64,000 bases of DNA from Welwitschia mirabilis (taxonomy: Eukaryota): contig JBOZIK010000001.1 of assembly GCA_051453625.1 (NCBI GenBank), positions 6,484,373 through 6,548,372 on the forward strand, written 5' to 3'. The position numbers and the translations under genes are program-made. Below are positions 41,580 to 54,500 of this stretch, one piece after another. The notes below the pieces were generated by a model. The model did not search any database and was not told the origin of the DNA. It worked only from the letters and a program-made list of their open reading frames with translations. Within the stretch, counting starts at the first letter, position 1, and the number at the start of each line of letters is the position of its first letter.

Positions 41580-42080
41580 TTAAAATTATATTTTTAGTTA
41601 AAAACAAATAACTAAAATTATATTTTTAGTTAAAAACAAATAACTAACTTTTAAAATGGTAAACCTATTAAAATGATCAGCTTATAAATTTTGAAATGAT
41701 AAACCTATTAACTTTTAAAACAGTAAACATAATCAATTTTAAAAAGGAAAACCTAAAAAACCTAAAAATATCTTCAGTTTAAAAAAAAAAAAGGAAGTAA
41801 TTTTTTATTTTAAAGCCATATTAAAATTATAATTTTAGTTAAAAAACCAAAAAAAAACAATTTTTAAAATGGGAAACCAATTTTTGGGCCACAATAAATT
41901 TATATCTTTAGGTTAAAAACAAAAAAATGGCAAACCTAGTTATGGAACCATACTAAAATTATATCTTTGGTTAAAAAACAAAAAATCAAATTTTGAAATG
42001 ACAAACCTAGTTTAGTGGTCATAATAAAATTATATCTTTAGTTAAAAACAAAAAAATAATTTTTGAAACATTAAACCTAA
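41580..42080. repeat. Subterminal imperfect minisatellite at the Helitron left end
   Basis: Recurrent aaaattatat(c/t)tttagttaaaaacaaa and aaatg(g/a)(t/c)aaaccta units. Confidence 0.8.
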
Positions 42081-45000
42081 ACTAATGGAGCCTTATTCAC
42101 CCTATAAAACAAGGCCCAGGGTAGCACATGCAATCGAAATGCAATCAATAAGAATTTATGTTTTCAAAAGTAAAGTTGCTCTGAAGATTTCACTGTGTAT
42201 AAGTGAAATTTACTCTAAAGAAGTGGAATTTACTTTAAAGAAGTGGAATTCTCTCCCTCTAAAGGTATGCTCCTTTTTTCAAGTCATTCTTTTTTTTTAT
42301 GTTTTGATAATGAAAATTGAAATGTACTGTGATCTAATCATTATAGATACTCTGCTTAATGGTCATGTTTACTTCAAGATTTTTAAAAATATTGAAATAT
42401 AAATTTAGAGTTTTTATACTTTTACTTTGAAAATTATTTTTGATATTAATGTTTATTTTCCTTTGGCCATTTTGACATGAATAATAGGAAAAACTCTAAA
42501 CTAAAACTAAAATATTACTTTTTTTATGGTGATTTAAAAAATTCTAATAAAGAGAATAATATTTATGATACAAGTNNNNNNNNNNNNNNNNNNNNNNNNN
42601 NNNNNNNNNNNNNNNNNNNNNNNNNNNNNNNNNNNNNNNNNNNNNNNNNNNNNNNNNNNNNNNNNNNNNNNNNNNNNNNNNNNNNNNNNNNNNNNNNNNN
42701 NNNNNNNNNNNNNNNNNNNNTTAAAAAATAAATGGAAAATGTATAATAGAGAAAATAATAATAATAAATTTTAAATTACTTACATCTTGTAAATTTTTTT
42801 TTATTTTTATATTTTTTTAAACTATAGGCTTTTAAATAGTTAAGTTTTTAAAAAATTTAATAATAATATATTCTTATTTTAGATTAGATTTTCTTTTTAT
42901 TTATATTAAACTTTTTAATGTTAAGTTTTTCAAATTATTTTTTATAGATCAAGTCTTTTTAATAAAATTAAGTCTTTTAAATTATGTCATTTTAAATAAT
43001 TATTTTAAATTGAGGTCTTTTTTAAGTTAGTGTTTTAAATTAAGTTTTCTTTTCTTTATTTTAGTATTTTTTAAATTAAACTTGTTTTTTAAAATTTAAT
43101 TTCTTTAAATCATGTTTTTTAATAAATCTTTTGTAAATTAAGTTTTTCATAAAATAAGTTTTTTAGAAATTTAATTTCTTAACTTAAATTTCTTTTAATA
43201 GTATTCTTAAATTAGATTTTTATACAAATGAATTCTTATAAAATTAATGTTTTTCTTCTTTTCCATAGGTTTTTTAAACATAATTTTTAAAAAGTTTTTT
43301 AGATTTAGTTCATTCTTTCAATTACGTTTACTTTTAAATATAGTTTTCCTCTTCCTTTTTTGTTTCTTTAGAATGAAATCTAAGATGGAACATCAGTGAG
43401 CTCTTAATCATGAAAGGCAAATAATATATCATGAGAGGTAAAGACTTTTAAGAGAAACTTCTCACTTAGAAAACTCTTTAAACATATGTAGTAAGTTATG
43501 ATAATGATAAAAAAGGTATGAGTTAATTTTGTTTATAGCTTTACTACTTTTTTAAAACTAGGTTTGTAACAAAGTCACTGTTTTTTATGTTCATAAATAA
43601 CACGTAAAATGTAGCTCTTCAACATTGTACTACATCATCTAGTATACATTACAACACTTGATTGATCATACAATGCAAGAACTAAATCAACAAATGGAAT
43701 AAATGCCTATAAAAAATAACCCCCTTAGTAGGAGTCAATGAATAGTCAGTAAATAATGGTATAACATATACAAGTTACATGTCTAACACATAGTGTTCTT
43801 TATCATTAACCAAAAGACATGAATATGTAAAGTGACAGAAAGAGATTATGGGAGAGGATGTTTATCATAACCAACAATCACACTTATAGAGAGAACGTCA
43901 AAAAAAAAAAAAAGTCTATTGCAATAATATCGATGTCATATCTCCTCTACAAGAATGTTTGAGCAAACATTGGATCAACCTTCATATCCTAACTTACAAA
44001 AACATAATGGTGATATATCTAAATGAATTGATACATTTTGGAGAGAAATATAAGTATTTACACAATCAAGATTATGCATAGCTTGTAATAAGATGTATCA
44101 ATCTATAGAGTTGGTATAAGATAGACATGGCCCTCCCTGTAGACGGTGTCAATATGGAAAAAAAGAAAAGGAAGATATCATAGCTGCTGATGAAGAAATT
44201 AGATTTTTCTTGTTCTAAATGACATGATCTAAGGCCTCAATTATTTCTTTTATCCCATCTTACATAGGTTGAAGCAACACAGAATTTAAGAATAAATCCA
44301 TTGCTTTAAGTTACACATGCAACTAGTGGTTAACTACTATATTAAGGGCACATAATAAGCTTTTCATAAGATGTGTCACATATTGCAAGGGTTTTGTCCT
44401 ATAAAATTACACAAATACCCATTCTTCTTTTAAAGAGAAGGGATTAAATCAATATAGAATATAATTTTATTATAACTAAGATGCGAGTTTATCATGCCTT
44501 ATGCTTTAAGAATGAGAATGATCCTTTCTATTAAGGTATTGATATAGATATGCATGCCTTAGATGAAATTAGTCATGATGAAGATGTTAATGTCTTTTAT
44601 ATGCTTCGAGACATTACTCTTAGTGAAAAGGAAGGGGAAATAAAGCTACATTTTAATGGCTTAATTCTAGAAACAAAAGAGTCTGACATTATTCATCACA
44701 CATTCTTAGTTACCACACAATGTCCTTGACTTAAAAAAGAAATTGATGCTATAAAGAACTGACTGCAAAACTCATATGATGATCCATCAATAAGTGCTCA
44801 ATGGCCATTACTAAAAAAGGCATTGGTTAATAAGTTTAACACTAGAGATATGCTATCAATTTTATTTCCTTTAGTGTTTCCTACAAGTAAGTGTGATATT
44901 TTCGCACTAAGAGCTAAGGATGTTAAGCTACATAAGTTTGCAAAGCATCTTTTAAAATACAAAGATGGAAGATTTGATCATCATCCAACATTTCAGTAAG

Positions 45001-45985
45001 CACCTCTTCATTTGTTTTATTCTTTAATAAATTTAATAGAACAAATTTTAAACCCTTTTAAAATTATTTTTTATTTTAGGTATTCTGTATTCAACATGAT
45101 TATGAGACATAAGGCGCTTAGGTCTATAATAACGTTTTTCAAAAAGGATAGAATTGATGCCACAATCATGATAGAACAATTACATGAATAAATGAACAGT
45201 TATCTATTGAAAGAAATAATAGACAACTTAATGAGATATGAAGCTCTCTAAGAGGCACACGTTCCTACTAGAAAGAAGAAGCAAATGTAAACTATTAGAT
45301 ATGGATACCCATCTTGGAACTCTTATAATATTCTTTAGTTTAAGTGTTGCATATTTATATTAGCCTGACATACATGATACCATGTCTGGTGAACAACCAC
45401 AATAGACCTCTAAAGCTAGACAATGGCAATTGTAAAACATCATTGAGAACTCACACATTATCTCAGAGTACATGTACAACCATCATAAAAGATTTAGAGA
45501 GGTAATTCTAATAAAGGAATTTAATGTTGTAGACTATTAAATATAATTTGAGGGCAACATAGAGGTTCTTTACATGTATAGGGATTTCTATGAATAAAGG
45601 GAGCTCCCAACATTAAAAAACTTAACTAGAGTGATGATACAATAATGATAATTACTAAGAGATTTTTTTATTCCATTTTAGATGTATGGAATGATAGATT
45701 TAATGAGTGTGAAAGACTCAATGTGTAAGTAAAAAATTGTATCTTCTTTATTACACATTTAGTTATTAATACAATTTTAGTTTTTATAATAATTTTTACT
45801 TCTACAGGCCTCAAAAAGAAACATGGATCTTCATCCATGTAAATTACAAATTAAGGATCTTAAACATATGCAACTAGGGCAAGATTTCACAACCTTATTA
45901 AATAGTATTCATAGACATATAGTTTGTAATCTAAGAGCATGTTTGAGAAAACGAAATGGTTGACAACCTTGTTAAATAGTGTAGG

Positions 45986-46110
45986 TATCCACATACTACT
46001 ACACTTTTAACACTATAAATATCTTCAAATTATAGATACTAATGCTTATCCACATACTACTACACTTTTAACACTATAAATATCTTTAAATTATAGATAC
46101 TAATGCTTAT
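45986..46110. repeat. 61-bp tandem duplication inside a predicted Helitron intron
   Basis: tatccacatactactacacttttaacactataaatatctt(c/t)aaattatagatactaatgct occurs twice with 1 mismatch, starting just after the donor at 45985. Confidence 0.9.
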
Positions 46111-49057
46111 TATAAATATAATACTCTGTGGGAGTTACGACCTTACGATTTTAGGTTGTATATAAATGAAAATAATGAGAAAAAGTATGAGAAAATAAGA
46201 AATGATGATAGGTTAAATGTTCATAATATAATAATTCTACAAACATGATGAGTAAATATAGACTTTCAACCTATCCTTGATAAATATGTTATTATACAAT
46301 ATATTACAAAGTATGCCTCAAAGTCAGAGAAAAATTAAGTGCCATATTTACATGCATTAATGAAGGTATCACAAGATAGAGATCTTAATAAGCCTACCAT
46401 TTCAGCTTACAAAAGGCTAATGATGGATACTGCAGCAGATCCTAATACTAAAGATATAGAAACATGCCACATGTTACAGGGACTTTTCTTGGTTGAAAGT
46501 AGTATGGTATATGTACCACTTAATGTATCTAAGGAGGTCTACAAAGACGTGAGACAAAACCATGTTATAGATGAAGAACGTGTGCATACCATGTTAGTAG
46601 ATTAATATCCAAATAGACCACTGCATATGGAAGGCATTTCATTATTTAATTATGTAAAATATTATGTATTCAATTCAAGGAAAATATGAGATGATGCTTT
46701 GCATTCTACAAAGGAAGATATAATTATCAGATCTATTCCTAGATTTCATATGCGACTCGACAGAGATGATGACAAATGGATGGCTTATCGTTGAGCTCAA
46801 ATACTTCTTCATTATCTATTTAGAGATATCAAATGTGATTTGGAAACAAAGATGAAGAAAATAGAAGCTAAATGGATCTCTGTTACACATATGTATGAGC
46901 AGTGTAATCCATCATATGATAAGGATTTCGAATGCGCAATCATCGAGGAGGATCAACAAGAAGACATGAAGCCATCACATATGGAACTTGTGAAAATGAT
47001 TATCCAGTATTAATGAGACATCTACTAAATGAAGGCATTCTTTAAAGAATTGAACAAATCATGCTTATCTTGTGTGATCTTAATAGACAATGTAATTGGT
47101 AGGTAAACTATAAAGGAGAGGACTATCTAAAAATATGTCATTTTCTTTATTTAGAGTAATAGGACATCATATAATTTATTGATCCAAGATGAAATGAATG
47201 AAATTATTAGCCTATCTAACCTTGGTTTAAAATTAAAAAAAAAATTGCTTCAACATACTCATATCTCATTTGGTGCTATAAGAATTCTAGTAAGAAGACA
47301 TCCAACCTATATGCATGATAATCTAAGGAATAGCAAGATTAGGAAAATCTTTTCTCATTCATGCTAAAAGAAATGAATTTAAGAATATGTGTTCAAATAA
47401 CATAGGTATTTTTATGGTGCTAGCATCCACTGGAATCACATCATACAACATCAAGGGGACAATAATAAATTCAACATTGGGTATTAAGATCAGTGAATAT
47501 GAGCCTGCTTCATCAAGATAGTTGCTACATCTTCAAGAACGGCTAAAAAATATCAAGTACATCATGTTTGATGAGATGAGTTAAATGTTAAATAATATCT
47601 ATAGAGGGCTTAAATAAATATTTCCAACTCACTAATACATGAGTTTTGGTGTAAGGTCTATCATATTAATAAGTGATCTTGCTCAGTTACCTCCGCTGAA
47701 GGATTGTCCACCGTATAATGCTAGTGAAGAAATGAAGGCACTATAGAGATCATTTGATACAATTATTATGTTAGATACAATCTATAAATAAAAGGGTAAT
47801 AGTCCAAATCGGCAAAGGTTTCGAAATGTTTTGATGGATGTAAGAGATAATAAAGTATTAGACAATGATTATGAATGATAAGGTTTGAACTTCCTTCCAT
47901 GTACAATGGAATGGATGGCTTCCAAGATTTAGTTCATCTGTTTGCCATGAATGATATGGTTTCTTCACATAACAGAAAGTGCTTGCTTCAAATGCAATCA
48001 CCCCTTACATGATGTATGACATACAAGACATGAGATTCAGTTAGATGTGATGATGCTAATGGTGAACTGAAAATAGAGCTTTTTCTTTGTCAAGGAGCTA
48101 CGGTCATGTTGACTATGAACATATGTGTGCAGCTGGATTAGTAAATAGATCTATGAATATTGTTAAATCAATAGTTTATTGGCCACAAAAGAATTCACTT
48201 GATTTTCCAACCTATGTCATGGTTAACTTCGATATCCACACTAAAATTCCTTTCGATGAATCAAGTCGAAAAACAGTTTCCATCATCTTATTCTCTAGAG
48301 ATTGAGCAAAACAACCATCTCTCAAACTTGTATGGACATTAACAATTCATACATCTTAGGGGATAAACCTTAGTAAAGCATATATAGACATTAGTCCCAA
48401 GTGAATGCTAGAATTGAATTTTGTGGCACTTTCTTGAGTGAAGTTCATGGATTCATTGAAGATATTACATCTCTTCTCTAAATAAAGATAGAGAAAATTA
48501 TCCAAGAGTTCTAACTTGGAGAAACGGATTAAGGAAGAGCAACGTTTAGCAAGCCTAAAAGTCTGCAGTACATTGTCTTTTAACAATTCGTCAATTCATG
48601 TATAATGTACATTTGTATCAAGTGATATAAAATAAATTATTATTGATTTCTAGCAATTACATATTACTAATTTATCTATACTACATGTTTATATTGTTCT
48701 TAATTACCTTCATTGTAATATTTAAATACCTTTATTATTCTTTATTAGCTTCATTGTAATAAAGTAATACTTACATCTCTAAAAACTTTATGAGCATTTC
48801 CTTCCCTCTATTTATTTCTTTTTCTTGTTTATGCATTTTAAATATCAAAAAGAGATATCAACACACACTTAAATCATTACTAATTGTTTTCTACATTAAG
48901 ATTATGTGTTTAAATAACATGTTTAATAAAACTGTTTACAAATAAGGCATTTCTATAAAGGCCTTACTAATTAAAGCAACTATGACTAGTGAAATTAATT
49001 CTATAAGAGACTTAATGATTAATGCACTTATAACTATTAATCAGTGACAGGTGACCA

Positions 49058-49519
49058 TTAAGCTAGATATATATTTCATATACATCTGTAATTTGGCTAA
49101 GAGATATCAATCTCTACTGCCTTTCAAATGAGGCTACAAGCATTAACCTAAATAAATTTTGCTTACACATTGGAGTTGACTATAACCACATTCAAAGTTA
49201 ACTTTGCCTTCAGTCAATGTTGACTTTTATCACTTGGTCAATGTTGACCATTAACCAAAATTCAATACTTCGTCCTCAGCTAAAATTTTCCTGCTATCAG
49301 CCAAAATTTCCCTTAAAAAAATTTGGTCAAGAATAATGCATTGACTTCTAATGAATAGTCAACATTAACCAAATGATAAAGTCAACATTGAATGTGGTTA
49401 TAGTCAACACCAACGTGTAGNNNNNNNNNNGGCTAATGCTTGTACCTCTTCTGAAAGGCCATAGAGATTGATATCTCTCAGCCAAATTATAGATGTATAT
49501 AAAATATACATCTAAATTA
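49058..49519. mobile_element. ~460-bp foldback / long-TIR MITE-like element
   Basis: Left arm tagatatatatttcatatacatctgtaatttggctaagagatatcaatctct...gttgactataaccacattcaa is an imperfect reverse complement of the right arm over ~200 bp. Internal tcaatgttgac repeats. A 10-N gap lies in the right arm. Confidence 0.8.
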
Positions 49520-49989
49520 GTTAATAAAAATAGTTAAGAATTGGATGTACTAATCTCTTGGAGCGAAAAATATGAACTATAACATATTAAAAAATCAAAA
49601 CATATTATGGGCCTTTTGAAAAAGGGATGAACTTCAAAATTTTAGTGTTTTTCAAATTTTACTGATTGTACCTCCCATTAATAAGTACAACCACTACACT
49701 AACCCAAATAAATGATTTAGTTATATTATGGCCATTTCCAAATTTTTATCTCCACAAGACATTTAAAGGTTCAAACCTACAATCCCTCATATAACCCATT
49801 GGCTAAGTTTTTCTATGATTTCTTCAACAAATTAAATTGACACATTATTTAATCAATAAACTACACGTATACACCTAAAGTATCTAGTCATCCTCAATTA
49901 AAATTATTATTTCCATTTTGTCAAATTTTAAGCTTCTAACCGTTCACCTCTTCACTTAACGCTCTTTCTCACGTTAACACTAGCCATTA

Positions 49990-50200
49990 ACGTACGTAAC
50001 TCAGTCCTAGAAGCACAGTTTGACAAAGCGTCTCGTATGGCGCTTTGCGCGTTGTACTACACTTCACTTGCAGTACTCTATCAGACAAACGCTCGGCACT
50101 CAGTTGCAGTACAAGATCTCTTATACGGCGTCTCAACAGCATCGCAGAAGCAATTCTCTTCTCTCTCTATATAACGCAACGCCACTTCCATTCTCAATCA
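49990..50200 (+). promoter_or_regulatory. MIR408 copy B promoter: GTAC (CuRE/SPL7-type) cluster and TATA box
   Basis: GTAC at 49992 (inside ACGTACGT), 50054, 50073 and 50109. TATATAA at 50168. Confidence 0.8.
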
Positions 50201-50242
50201 CAATCTCAGTTCAACTGTCACTTCTTCAGCAGAAGCGAACAC

Positions 50243-50452
50243 AGGGAGCGAAGGAGCAAGGGATGCGGCAGCGCATGGAAGCTTCAGTAGCTTACGGCGA
50301 TCGGTGACAGATCAACGCACATAACTCAAAGGAATGAAAGAAATGAAAGATGTAAGGAGGGAAGATTTGCAGATAAGATTGAAGAATGAAGGATTACAGA
50401 TGAAATGCTTCTGAAACTCCCATGCGCTGCCTCTTCCCTGGCTCCTCCTCCT
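50243..50452 (+). ncRNA. MIR408: MIR408 precursor, copy B (mature ~50422-50442 ATGCGCTGCCTCTTCCCTGGC; star arm ~50257-50278)
   Basis: Same mature sequence as copy A. 5' arm aggagcaagggatgcggcagcgcatggaagcttcagtagc pairs with 3' arm gcttctgaaactcccatgcgctgcctcttccctggctcct. Confidence 0.93.
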
Positions 50453-51517
50453 CTTCTCTTTCTTTCTTTTTGTTTTTCATCCTTCTTTTACTGTTGTTGC
50501 TGATAAGTTTGTTTGTTTCAGCAGTTTTGGAGCTTCATCCATTCATTCATTCATCCATCTGCTCTGCAACTGCGACTGCAACTTGGAGCGGAATTTGTAT
50601 GGAGTTTGGCGCGTAAAAGCGAAATTATATTGCTGCTCCTTTTCCAAGGATTCTTCTGCAGACGTTCACTCGTGAAGGCCTAAAATCTATATGTACATAA
50701 AAAAGACCCCTTTTTATGTCGTAAACTATAATCAATTTTTTGACTTTGCTTAGTAAGTTTATTAATGGCAATCATTTACACCATTTATTTTTACTCTCTA
50801 TTAATACTAATGATTAAGAGTCTTTCAACTTTGAGGGTACCAAAATTAAGTTTTCTAATGTTTTAATGTTTTTTGTCACATATCTTGCAATAGGATAGTT
50901 CTTTGCATTAATTCTTATGGAAATATCATACAATATGTTCATGAGAACATTTCCTATAAAAATCTTTAGTGTCTCATTTGTGTGTTTGTAGATTTCCATT
51001 TCAAATGTTCTTGACATGTACATTCTTCTATTATTGTTTTTCTTAAATTACAAAATGTGCATATACAATACATAGTGAGTTTTGAATAGCATTACATAAA
51101 TCAAATGGTATCAAATTCAGAAGTTGACATTTTGCATGTATGGATTCATTTTAGTATTGAGAACAACCAAGGAACTATTGAGGTTATGAATCCACATTCC
51201 TCAATGTTGCTACTATGATTTTTCATCACTTGGGCATGAAGAATGTGGAAGGTTTAGGGCTCCCAATGGACAATGGCTAATGTTGAACAAGCTATTGATT
51301 TGCTAGCATTATGGAGGAAATCAACTTAGTCCTCTCTTGGTTTTAGTCTTTAGTAGTTTAAGTGGAGAAAGTTATGGTGTTAGTCTCATTGATATCTAAT
51401 GTTCATTTATCATAATGAGATGTGATATCTCATCTTGAAATATGTTATAGGGTTATTTATTACTTATGGGGTATATAGCCATTTATATAAATGTTCCTTC
51501 TTAGAGTATTTTAGTTA

Positions 51518-51528
51518 TGGTATCAGAG
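51518..51528 (+). mobile_element. tRNA-Met primer-binding site of a fragmentary LTR element next to an N gap
   Basis: tggtatcagag is the canonical plant PBS. The LTR partner was not resolved. Confidence 0.4.
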
Positions 51529-54500
51529 TTAATTACGTGAAGNNNNNNNNNNNNNNNNNNNNNNNNNNNNNNNNNNNNNNNNNNNNNNNNNNNNNNNNNN
51601 NNNNNNNNNNNNNNNNATATATTTGTTTATATTATTTTCATGTTAATCTAATAAAGAAGGTGCTTTAATGGTTTTGTTGTCTATGTGTTTTCTTATTGTT
51701 CTCCTTTTTTAAGCTTGTTTGAAGTTATTATATGCTTAATTAATTGAAATTATTACATGACAATTTGATTAAGCTTGGAATCATTACAAAATGGCCAATT
51801 TCAAAAAATGATGCATTGATAATTTTGTAAGTTCATTTCTAATGTCGATTACTAAAATTAAGAAACAGATTTGATTTTGTCCCAATAGGAATAATAACTA
51901 AATGTAACAACACAAAAACTAGGATCCAAAACTTAAAAAGAAAATTAGTAAACTTTAAGGGTTGAGGATGAGGATTTGTTTTTTTAGAAGAATTAGACAT
52001 TGGCGATGATGACATGCCTAGTGTCTATAAACACATATCAAATACATGTCCTTACATTTATTCTCATATAGTAAACAATGCTGCAATCTTGCTTTCATTG
52101 TATTAAATCGAATTTCCACTAAAACTAGGCTTCAATATTGATTTCTTTTAATTATTCATGGTATGAAAGCATAATGGCTAAAAATTTAGATCACGAGGGC
52201 TTAATTTATTTACTAGAAATAATGGTAACTATCTAGTGGCTAATATTTTAAATTCTGATGAGGAATGAAAAGAATATTGTTATCAAAACAATTACATTAG
52301 AAAGTTTCTTTTTGTAGAGATTGCCTTACAATAAATATAGTTAGGCTTCATGTGATCAAATCTATTAGCTTTAAAACCTATATGAAGTCATCCTACTTTA
52401 ATATCGTATATTGCATTTCATGTTTAATATTTAGATAATGAATTAGATGCTCTTTTAAATGGGCCATACTTTTTTAGTAAATAAGATTTAACTCTTATTG
52501 AATGAAGGCCTTTCATCAGGGAAAAAAATATTTTTAAGGAAATCCCATGCTAGTTTTAAATTGTAAATCGAGATCTAGAAATTTTTAATTCTAAATTCAT
52601 GCGATAAATTATGAATACCTTAGAAAGGATTAGAAAACTAACTCTTTCAATAATGTCTGAAACCAAAATGATTATAGCTTGAATCTATATCTACACAAAT
52701 ATGAAAAATTGCAAAATTAAAAAGCTAAAAGTAAAAATTATTTGGGCATGAAACCATTTAAAACTAAGTTTTTAAATGTCCTATTCTTATGCCATTACTA
52801 TGTCCAAAAGGATCATCTAATATTAGTGTGTAGATCTTAGAAAGATGTGACTCCAAATAAATTAGAACTTCAAAAAAAATAATAAAATAAAAAGTGCTAG
52901 AAGAAAATCAAATGAAAGGATCAAAATAAGGAACTCCTTAAAATGCATCATAAAAAATAAATATTTCACTTCAAATGTCATATAAACATTTTTCAATAAA
53001 TGAATCAGAAAAAAATAATATAATAATGTCAGAAACTCCTCTATCATTCAATCCCCTCTTCTGTATTAGCCCATTATATTTCCTCACTTTATCCAAATTG
53101 ACTTTCATTACTCACTTTTCCACTCCCCCAAAACTTAGTACTATATATCTCAATCTTCATCAATTGCAAACTTATCACTAAAGATTAAGAAGAAATTTTG
53201 ATTTGTCTTGATCTAACATGCTAGCATCATGTTATGTCATTTATGTATTAATCAAATAATAACATCCATCATATAATAATAATTTAGGAAAGAAATGGTT
53301 CATAAATATCTAATTCAAATGATTTTAGATGAAGCTTTAAAATACACTACAAAATTTTGTATATGATTCTAGGGAAGATTCTTCATTTTATTATATGTCA
53401 AAATTGAAATGATTATCTCATGGAACTAGAGAGATTTATGAAGCCCTCATAATATCTCCCATCTTTAGTTCCTTCTTCATGAATCTTAACATTAATTTAT
53501 CTTCTTCAATAGATAAAATTAGATAACTTTAAACTACAACATTTATTCCTTACAAATCGTGCAATTCCATTGTAGTTTCTAGCTATGACGCTCAAGGTAT
53601 CCTCGTGAGTCTTTATAAATAAACACAATTAAAGAAATAAGTAACTATATAATATGGAACATGACTTAGAAAATCACCACTTTTTATGGTCCCCAATCAT
53701 GGAAATAACACTTAAATTATCTATATAGGATCCTAGTGAATTATACAAAGAATCACATCATCATGGATAATTTTAGTTATACATTAAACTTCCATGAAAA
53801 ATTAGTAGGTATCTTAGCACTATGACATAGAGCGAAAGAGTTCTTAACATTTCTCTAAATCTCTTCCCTTAGGGATAAAAGAAAAAGCACAAAACATATT
53901 CTAACTCATATGTTTTATTTCTAATTTATTATTCTAATGAAACAAACTCCTCAGTCTTAAAAAATGACCTATATAAATCAATTAATTAATGACTCCTAAA
54001 GAGAGATTATGATTATTCATAATTTTTGGACATCAACTTAATCCCTAGATGCTAGGGAACCCCTTTGGAACCCTATCTAGCCTTCTCTTTTGACCAACCT
54101 CCTTTATCTCCATCACCTCCCCTCTTTTTCTTAAACTCCTCCTTTTTCTTACCTTTCCTTTCTTCTTTTCTTCACTTTTTCTTTCCTCTTCTTGTCCTTC
54201 TTTTCTTTTCCTTCATCCTTCTTGTTTAAATCCCATAGTCCACATATTATACACCATTGTTGTAAAATCTAGTTAATGGAATCCTAACTAATTACACATC
54301 CTAGGTATGAAATTCAGTCTAAGTCTTGGATATTTCTCTTTTATTCTGCCTCATTTTCTACCTCAACTTTAGGAACCAGGTCTAGAGTTTAAAAATAAGT
54401 TTAGTTCTTTTTATTCTATGCTTTGTTTTCTGTTGGGGTCTTCAGCCTTCTCATTTCCTAGGAAGACATCCTCTAGCTACCTTCTTCATCTAGGATCCCT

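Larger units (their letters stand above)
41497..49055 (+). mobile_element. Helitron2/Helentron-type rolling-circle transposon with a pseudogenised, intron-containing Rep-Pif1 helicase gene (~43370-48590)
   Basis: Rep region: KGHIISF ~44344, LFPLVFPT ~44861, DGRFDHHPTFQ/YSVFNMIMR across an intron, LRGTRSY* ~45247, FFSLSVA ~45331, QHRGSLHV (HUH) ~45555, YITKYASKSE ~46300. Helicase region: GIARLGKS (Walker A) ~47327, DEMS ~47570, DLAQLPP ~47675, GLVN ~48134, TIHTS*G ~48342, FVALS*V ~48419. Confidence 0.88.

Noticed and set aside
41580-42080. Repeat array considered as CRISPR-like
   Set aside because: Eukaryotic context, degenerate AT-rich units, no unique regular spacers and no cas genes.
50020-50616. 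Short ORFs over MIR408 copy B (e.g. MRCLFPGSS...)
   Set aside because: They are translations of the promoter, the hairpin and a T-rich tract, with no coding-type conservation.
41497-50700. Idea that the Helitron captured and duplicated MIR408
   Set aside because: Copy B lies outside the candidate right end, and the paralogues look older than the relatively CpG-retaining Helitron.
21100-50700. Two MIR408 copies as an assembly or haplotype artefact
   Set aside because: Loops, promoters and flanks differ extensively, which fits true paralogues.
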